Below, piece after piece: positions 38,448-44,891 of a stretch of 64,000 nucleotides of DNA. Position 1 is the first letter of the stretch, and each line of letters starts with the position of its first letter. Under the pieces are notes generated by a model, which saw only the letters and a program-made list of their open reading frames with translations, did not search any database and was not told where the DNA came from. Source of the stretch: an uncultured Chitinophagales bacterium (lineage in GTDB: Bacteria; Bacteroidota; Bacteroidia; Chitinophagales; CAZNGA01); the NCBI GenBank assembly GCA_964572485.1, contig CAZNGA010000003.1, forward strand, positions 9,591-73,590, in the 5' to 3' direction. A program made the position numbers and the translations under genes.

Positions 38448-38519
38448 CTTACTTACGTAAGTTTGTCTGCATAATCTGAGAAATTTTGACCGATGTAATG
38501 GAATATTCGACGAATGGAC
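38448..38519. promoter_or_regulatory. three-box upstream module of B1 (21/18 spacing)
   Basis: CTTACTTACGTAAG (38448-38461, containing the perfect 12-bp palindrome ACTTACGTAAGT), a 21-nt gap, ATTTTGAC (38483-38490), an 18-nt gap, then GACGAATGGAC (38509-38519). Confidence 0.6.
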
Positions 38520-38658
38520 CTATTATGGTGTTGAATAACTTTGTAGAATAGATAAGCTGCCTAATAGACAATAGAACTTTGAGTATGCAAATACATTTAT
38601 AGGGTCAGGAACCATTGGGGTATATTATCAAGGGGTAAAGTTACTGCCAACAATACAA

Positions 38659-38916
38659 CTACTGCTTAGCATAGGATGAAAAGGAAGAGGAGCTGCTTAC
38701 AACCACAATCTTTTGTTTATATAGCTGTTGATCGCTGGCTCCAATAACGAAATAGATACCAGGGTTTAAAGTATTGCCAATATCCTTGAATTTACAATTC
38801 ACCACTCTTTGGAATGGGGAGGCCGGGATCCGGGATATTGAAAATTGCCCATAAAATTCAACGTGCATTAAGGTTCCTGTATTTCTTGTCAGAGGATTAG
38901 CTACTGTGAATAGCAT
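38659..38916 (-). pseudogene. CTD-only relic of a family paralog
   Basis: The 85-aa ORF holds only a degenerate T9SS CTD: ANPLTRNTGTLMHVEF...NPGIYFVIGASDQQLYKQKIVVVSSSSSFSSYAKQ. The Ser-rich ...AKQ tail matches B1. No signal peptide or passenger domain. Confidence 0.6.
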
Positions 38917-39024
38917 GTGAAGAAGGTGGAAATTTCTTAAAGATCTCAGATAAGCTTAAATGTACCCTCTCTTTCTTTTTTTTCTCTGCCTGAAAGTACT
39001 TGATAAATTTGTAAGTCTTCATAT

Positions 39025-39639
39025 TCAAAATAGTTGTATTTCCCAAAATAACCAGCCAAACATTAGAAACCTCAATATACGCACGCTGGCAAATGCCATA
39101 TATCTATTTAATGGATAATCCATAGAACCTGATAAGATGCTGATAATAGAAAAAGGGATGGGTGTAAATGCTGCTATAGCGATATACATGCCTCCCCAGG
39201 ACAAGATATTCTTCTTGTATTTATTACTGAATCCGTTCAAGTACTTTGCTAAATATTTAATTTGGCATAACTTTTTTCCAAGCAACAATGAGACGATCCC
39301 ACCAAAATAGGAAAGAAATGCTAAAAGGAACAAAAAGATCACAGGGTGAGAACATTGCAAGGACCAAAGGATAAAAAAGTCTTGAGGTAATATGCCAAGA
39401 AAGGACTCTGAAATAAAGAAAACACCAAATACGATTGGAGGGAGCACTGCCAAATGAATGCTGGTTTCAAAATTAGTAGTTGAAAAAAAGTATTTAGAGG
39501 TTGCAAGAGCTCCTACTATCAAAATAATATATAGGAACCCATGAAGTATATTTCGTGATAAGATCTTGTACTCGATATTATTTAATGGAAGGCAAATGGC
39601 TCTTATCTTTGTAATTGAATTCTTGCTAAATTGCTTCAT
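39025..39639 (-). CDS. small polytopic membrane protein, YqaA/DedA (VTT-domain)-like
   Basis: 204 aa, about 5 TM segments. The LPQDFF..., YFGG....LG and AAFTPIPFSIISILSG patterns resemble the YqaA/DedA family. It starts 33 nt downstream of the paralog C stop on the same strand. Confidence 0.6.
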   Translation of the reverse strand: MKQFSKNSITKIRAICLPLNNIEYKILSRNILHGFLYIILIVGALATSKYFFSTTNFETSIHLAVLPPIVFGVFFISESFLGILPQDFFILWSLQCSHPVIFLFLLAFLSYFGGIVSLLLGKKLCQIKYLAKYLNGFSNKYKKNILSWGGMYIAIAAFTPIPFSIISILSGSMDYPLNRYMAFASVRILRFLMFGWLFWEIQLF

Positions 39640-39672
39640 GAGTGTGTATCTTGAGATTTTACAGAGATAAGA

Positions 39673-41730
39673 TCAATTACGAGCATAATTACTTGATCCA
39701 TTGCCACCTGATATGACCAACTTCTGCTGGCATATTTCGTTCTTACTGCTCGCGACTATCAGATATACCCCCGGAGCAAGGTTGTTCATTAGATCGATCC
39801 CTGTGAGTACGCCATTACTTTCAGTGATCATCACTTTAGAATATACCTGCTGTCCCGTATGGTTATAAAGAACCACCAACACTTCTTCATTAGCTTTCTT
39901 ATCGCTTATTTCCAGAGTTAATTCCTGTCCAGTTAATAGAGGATTAGGATAGATCTTCATGGTTGAAGTTGTATTAGTGATCTGTACAGCCACAGGATCA
40001 AAATATTCAAACCTCTGATCGTAGTCGGTTTGTTTGAGTCTATAGTAGCTGGTACCAGATAGTGGCGTATTGTCAATATAAGAATAGTTGTTTTCTGTGT
40101 ATGATGTCCCCATTCCTTCCACTTCCGCAATTACTTCAAAGTTGATCCCATCATTAGACCTTTCTACAGTATAATAGTCATTATTGATCTCAACTGACGA
40201 GGTCCAATTGATCTCAACTGATCTTCCAACAACTTCTGCACCCATATCCAACAATTCGATAGGGAGTGCCATTCCATTCCCCGCAGAGAAGTCATGGTTT
40301 GAAGGTATCTCTGATATACCACTGCTACTGGTAAGTGTATTGGTGACTGTATTTACATTATTGTATTGAGTCCAGGCAACCCCATTCCATCTGGCTGTAT
40401 TCAGGGTGGCCTCAGTGCCTGTAACGTCTACTTCATTATAGATATAGCTCACATCGTAATCAATAGAACCAATACCACTTGCATCTATGGTCCAATATCT
40501 TGTGATCAGATCACCCGGATCTAAGTTGGGATGGAGACCATCGGTTATATTACAAGTTATAGTAGCTGTACCCCCTGAACTGCTATTTTTTGTAAAGGTA
40601 AATGGTGAATATTCGTTCACATCTCCTACTAAAAAGTCAATTGAGCTATTGTTGTTAAATAGCTTTACCATTTTCCCACCATTCGAAGAGGTAACATCTA
40701 CATAACTATTGATACTGCCACCAGCTGTAGTACCTGATGTTGCAATGATCAGGTCATCTGCGCCAACTTTGATCACCCCATCAGACATGGTAAGTGTACC
40801 ATTTACTGTGACATCTCCCTCTAAGGTTAATTGTGGAGAAGTACCATAGCTATTGTTTATTGTAACATTCTCGTATGTAAAACCATCTGTGCCTGCTCCC
40901 TCATCTTCTCCGATCACTTGAGCTATAGAGGCATCAAATGTGATCGTTGAATTATCCTGCATATCAAATAATCCGTAGTTATTAGGAGTTGCCTGTCGTA
41001 TAACATCACCGGCAAGATTGATGCGTGTGTCATCCAGCACTTTAAAAACAACTCTGCTTTGAGCACTCGCAGTTATATAGATATCTCCAGACACATCTAA
41101 AAATGAGTTATCCTCAAATTTGCCATACACATCTTGTGAGCCCCCGCTGTAATCCATGGTGAGGTCTCCATCTACAATAAGTTGGCCATCATCTTTTACT
41201 GACAGTGATATTCTCTTTGTCCCGCCATCACTGTCAAGGGTCATATCCCCATTTACTCTCATTATTGAATTGTCATTTACCTTTATTTTTATCACATCTG
41301 AACCGCCATTTCTATAAGCCAGGAAATCACCTTGTACGGTAAGAATACCGCCACCCATTCCACCGGAATTTTCCTCCAGGTGCAAATGTGCTTCCCTCGA
41401 GCCGCCATTTGCATCTAAAAGCATATCTCCGGCTACGGTTAATGAATAGCCATCTTCAATTTCTAATTTACCATCATTGCTTCCTGAACCAAGAAGTTGA
41501 ACATATGCACAAGCCATATTTGCGTTATTAACTTCGATCTCATATCCCTGGATATAAGCGCTATCGCCTGCAACTGGGTAAGCGCCGGCTGCAGCCCCTC
41601 CAAAACCGGTTGTTGACCAGTTATTGTTGTCATCCCAGATACCCCCACTAATAGAATAGTAAATAGTAGCACCTGCGAAATTCATCGCTGCAAAAAAAGT
41701 AAGTCCGATTAATAAAATAAAGCGTTTCAT
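39673..41730 (-). CDS. T9SS type-A CTD protein, tandem paralog C
   Basis: The ORF extends to 41814. The ATG at 41730 gives MKRFILLIGLTFFAAMNFAGA. Opener SGGIWDDNNNWSTTGFGGAAAGAYPVAGD. Core SYVDV..FLVGD..YSPF..LHPN..ITRYW. LPIELLDM domain. CTD KIYPNPL...GVYLIV. Confidence 0.85.
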   Translation of the reverse strand: MKRFILLIGLTFFAAMNFAGATIYYSISGGIWDDNNNWSTTGFGGAAAGAYPVAGDSAYIQGYEIEVNNANMACAYVQLLGSGSNDGKLEIEDGYSLTVAGDMLLDANGGSREAHLHLEENSGGMGGGILTVQGDFLAYRNGGSDVIKIKVNDNSIMRVNGDMTLDSDGGTKRISLSVKDDGQLIVDGDLTMDYSGGSQDVYGKFEDNSFLDVSGDIYITASAQSRVVFKVLDDTRINLAGDVIRQATPNNYGLFDMQDNSTITFDASIAQVIGEDEGAGTDGFTYENVTINNSYGTSPQLTLEGDVTVNGTLTMSDGVIKVGADDLIIATSGTTAGGSINSYVDVTSSNGGKMVKLFNNNSSIDFLVGDVNEYSPFTFTKNSSSGGTATITCNITDGLHPNLDPGDLITRYWTIDASGIGSIDYDVSYIYNEVDVTGTEATLNTARWNGVAWTQYNNVNTVTNTLTSSSGISEIPSNHDFSAGNGMALPIELLDMGAEVVGRSVEINWTSSVEINNDYYTVERSNDGINFEVIAEVEGMGTSYTENNYSYIDNTPLSGTSYYRLKQTDYDQRFEYFDPVAVQITNTTSTMKIYPNPLLTGQELTLEISDKKANEEVLVVLYNHTGQQVYSKVMITESNGVLTGIDLMNNLAPGVYLIVASSKNEICQQKLVISGGNGSSNYARN

Positions 41731-41776
41731 GATTAATGATTTAGTTGTGTTCAAATCGTCATTTTTTCTCATAATA

Positions 41777-41790
41777 GTTACCCGTGTAAG
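41777..41790. promoter_or_regulatory. box1 palindrome upstream of paralog C (proximal copy)
   Basis: GTTAC-CCGT-GTAAG, 46 nt upstream of the ATG at 41730. A degenerate copy, CTGTC-ATAA-GTAAG, lies at 41859-41872. Confidence 0.45.
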
Positions 41791-41915
41791 TTTTTGTTTG
41801 TTTTCTGATAGCAATATATATCTTATCGCTTCTAAATAAAAGCCATTTGCTTCAGGACACTGTCATAAGTAAGATTTACAGTTATTTCTGGTAATCAATG
41901 AAGAAATGAAGGGTT

Positions 41916-41929
41916 ACTTACAGGTGTAA
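41916..41929. promoter_or_regulatory. box1 palindrome upstream of paralog C (distal copy)
   Basis: CTTAC-AGGT-GTAAG with perfect half-sites. Confidence 0.45.
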
Positions 41930-41993
41930 GAAATAACAGCTTTTGGTTTATTCTCTTAATAGATCATTACAGCAAAATGAATAGAATTGCAGT

Positions 41994-42034
41994 GAAGAAA
42001 GGAAGAGGAAGAAAGGAAAAGGAAAGAGAAAAGG
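41994..42034. repeat. 41-nt pure polypurine (GA) tract
   Basis: GAAGAAAGGAAGAGGAAGAAAGGAAAAGGAAAGAGAAAAGG, in the spacer between B2 and C. Confidence 0.7.
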
Positions 42035-42111
42035 TCCGATCCATATAGAACCGGGGCCATAATACAACTAAATCAACATCAAAATATTATTCAATTTTTC
42101 CCTATGTCATC

Positions 42112-44604
42112 TTATTTTATTATATCGCCAGAGATGATCAATCTCTGTTGATAGATGCTTTTATTACTGCTACCAATCACAAAATATACACCTGGTATCA
42201 ACTTATTATTTAAATCTATGGCAGTAGTAATTTCATCACCTTGAATCAATAGCACCTTCGAATAGACCTCTCTCCCATATTGATCTACAAGCACTACCAT
42301 CACTTCTTCATCAGGGGTAAATCCTTGCAGAATAACCTGCAATGACTGGCTTGGCAACACAGGATTTGGGTATAACTTAATAGTAGGTTTATCAACACTT
42401 ACAAAGTGTACAGCTATCGGTGCAAAATATTCAAATTGATGATCCACATCTGTTTGCTTCAATCTATAGTAGGAAGTCCCTGTAATTGGCTCAGAGTCAA
42501 CATATTTATAATTAGTGCTTTGATAGGTAGTCCCCTGGCCATTAATTGTTGATATAACTTCATAATCAAAACCATCATTCGATCTTTCAATTGTAAAATA
42601 ATCATTATTGATTTCAACAGCTGTACTCCAATATAATACAACCCTGTCTGTCTCTACATCTGCCCTAAAACTCAGCAATTCTATAGGTAAAGCACCTCCA
42701 CTGCCGCCTGTGAAATCATGGTTACTGGGAATAGTAGTGATCCCTATAGAATTGGAGAGTGTATTGATCGCAGGATTTACAGCATTATATGCACTCCATG
42801 AACTACCATTCCATTTGGCAGCTTTCAGGTTGGTTTCTGTGCCTACAATATCTTCGTCTAAATACACTGCCTTGTAACCATATTTAATAGCTGAAAAGCC
42901 CCCACTATTCATTCTCCAAAACCTTGTAATGTGGTCCCCTTCTGCCATATTTGCATGTTTTGCATCAGTCACCTTTATTGAAATATTATCACCCCCACCA
43001 AAAGAAGTTCCCCCTTGGAGCTTAAACCAAAATGGAGAAAATTCATCATTATCGCCAACCGGAAAGTCAAATGGCGTAGTGATCCCATTAAAATTCTTGG
43101 TCATTACTCCTTCATTATCTGCCTGAACATAACTGGAAGCACCTCCGTTAGATATTGTGGCATCAACATCCATTGTCAGATCATTAGCCCCCAGGACAAT
43201 ATCTCCACTAGAAAGGTTAAGGGTTCTGGTCACTGTAATATCAGCACTCAATGAAACATCACCACTACTATTATCGACGGTAAGATCATAAAATTCTTCA
43301 CTATTGCCATTTATTGCTTGAGGAGATGAGCCATCAAATGTCACTTCACCATTTCTCTCAATAAATGTACCATTGTCTGTCCAGTTTCCTGCGAGATCTA
43401 TAGTATAATCACTTCCATTCCCTACATCCAATGCAGCATTGGCAGTAATCAACAGATCTCCATTTATATCTACATTATCAGTAAGTGTTTTGGTAGCCCC
43501 TCCTGATAGGGTTACGTTACCATAGGATTCATTATTTGAGGGATCAGGGACATTCTGGGCACTGGTAGCAGCAAAATTTACAGTACTGTTGACATGGATA
43601 CTATGAGATGCACTAGTTGAAGTTTGTAGCATTCCACCTGTACCATCTGTGGTGGTAGTAGAATATGTTGTAGTGCCAGCCATCTCGAAGAACTTTCCAT
43701 TTGCCAATTCAATACTGTAACCGCCAGAATTCAGCTGGCCGGTCATTACACGAATATCATCTAATACTGTATTCGTCTCATCTGATTGAGAGATATCTGC
43801 ATCTAAAGTTACTCCTGCAGTATTATTGATCCTCACCTCTCCATAGGTCCATTCATTTGTAACAGCACCCCCATAATTGATCATTGAGAACACTTGAGCT
43901 GATGTGCCATTGAAGTTTATAGTTGTAGTCTCTTCACAATCAAGGTCCCCATAATTACCTGATGCACTTCTGTCAAAATTACCTGCCAGATTCATTAATC
44001 CATTGTCATTCATATTGATCTTTAAACTTCCTTTCTCAGCACCTTCATATAATACATCCCCCAGTATTGTGCATACTCCATCATCTTCTAATTTAAGTTC
44101 TGCTTCCTTATCACCATTTGCCCAGAGGGATACATTGCCGGTTATGGTTAATGATCCATCTTCTTTTACTTTTACCTTTGCTTCATCTTGATCATCATAA
44201 GCCATAAGGTTCAAATTGGAGCCAATTGACATTGTTCCAGGGAATCCACTCGAACCGGATATCTCAATTTCAACTTTATTTTTATTACTTTGGGTACTTA
44301 ATAAAGTACCATATATAACTGTCAGGTCTCCATTATCCTCAATGAGCAATTTAGAGTCATCCCCTGATCCGGAGCGCATATAGATACTATCACACTGCTC
44401 AATAGAATTTACGGTTACTTCTTCATCTTCAATAACCACAATATCTCCAACGCCGGGTACAGAAGCTCCGGATGAACCACCTGAAGTAGTTGACCAGGTA
44501 CTTGTATTATCCCAATCACCTGAATTTACCGAGTAGCGAGTCCCTGCCTGCAAACAAAAGTAGGTCATCATTATCAGACATACAGTAGTAAATAAAGTTT
44601 TCAT
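42112..44604 (-). CDS. T9SS type-A CTD protein, tandem paralog B2
   Basis: 830 aa with signal peptide MKTLFTTVCLIMMTYFCLQA. Opener SGDWDNTSTWSTTSGGSSGASVPGVGD. Core YVQADNEG..FPVGD..FSPF..KHAN..ITRFW. LPIELLSF domain. CTD KLYPNPV...GVYFVIG. Confidence 0.9.
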   Translation of the reverse strand: MKTLFTTVCLIMMTYFCLQAGTRYSVNSGDWDNTSTWSTTSGGSSGASVPGVGDIVVIEDEEVTVNSIEQCDSIYMRSGSGDDSKLLIEDNGDLTVIYGTLLSTQSNKNKVEIEISGSSGFPGTMSIGSNLNLMAYDDQDEAKVKVKEDGSLTITGNVSLWANGDKEAELKLEDDGVCTILGDVLYEGAEKGSLKINMNDNGLMNLAGNFDRSASGNYGDLDCEETTTINFNGTSAQVFSMINYGGAVTNEWTYGEVRINNTAGVTLDADISQSDETNTVLDDIRVMTGQLNSGGYSIELANGKFFEMAGTTTYSTTTTDGTGGMLQTSTSASHSIHVNSTVNFAATSAQNVPDPSNNESYGNVTLSGGATKTLTDNVDINGDLLITANAALDVGNGSDYTIDLAGNWTDNGTFIERNGEVTFDGSSPQAINGNSEEFYDLTVDNSSGDVSLSADITVTRTLNLSSGDIVLGANDLTMDVDATISNGGASSYVQADNEGVMTKNFNGITTPFDFPVGDNDEFSPFWFKLQGGTSFGGGDNISIKVTDAKHANMAEGDHITRFWRMNSGGFSAIKYGYKAVYLDEDIVGTETNLKAAKWNGSSWSAYNAVNPAINTLSNSIGITTIPSNHDFTGGSGGALPIELLSFRADVETDRVVLYWSTAVEINNDYFTIERSNDGFDYEVISTINGQGTTYQSTNYKYVDSEPITGTSYYRLKQTDVDHQFEYFAPIAVHFVSVDKPTIKLYPNPVLPSQSLQVILQGFTPDEEVMVVLVDQYGREVYSKVLLIQGDEITTAIDLNNKLIPGVYFVIGSSNKSIYQQRLIISGDIIK

Positions 44605-44651
44605 TACACTTAATTTTAATTATAGAATTATTGTTGAATTTCCTTTCATTA

Positions 44652-44714
44652 CAAATATATATCTTGACATGAGGTGATACAAACCATGTTAAAATGGTTG
44701 CTTTCCCGTGTAAG
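44652..44714 (-). promoter_or_regulatory. candidate B2 promoter: box1 plus TAnnTTTG box
   Basis: Box1 CTTTC-CCGT-GTAAG (44701-44714). On the minus strand, TATATTTG (44659-44652) lies 41 nt below it and about 48 nt upstream of the ATG at 44604. A TTTG sits 20 nt upstream of the -7 box. Confidence 0.5.
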
Positions 44715-44816
44715 TTTATTTCAATTAAATAGGGAATTCAATCCTTTTTTTCGACCAATGGATATAATACATTTAAAGGGCGGATCTATTGGCTTACCTG
44801 ACCATGGATATAATAT

Positions 44817-44850
44817 AGAAGCCCCTTATCAAGTATGATAAGGGGCTTCT
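44817..44850 (-). terminator. perfect 14-bp hairpin downstream of B3
   Basis: AGAAGCCCCTTATC-aagtat-GATAAGGGGCTTCT, 41 nt past the B3 stop at 44892. Confidence 0.7.
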
Positions 44851-44891
44851 AACAATTACAACGAAGTATAAAAGTTAAATAACTATATCTC

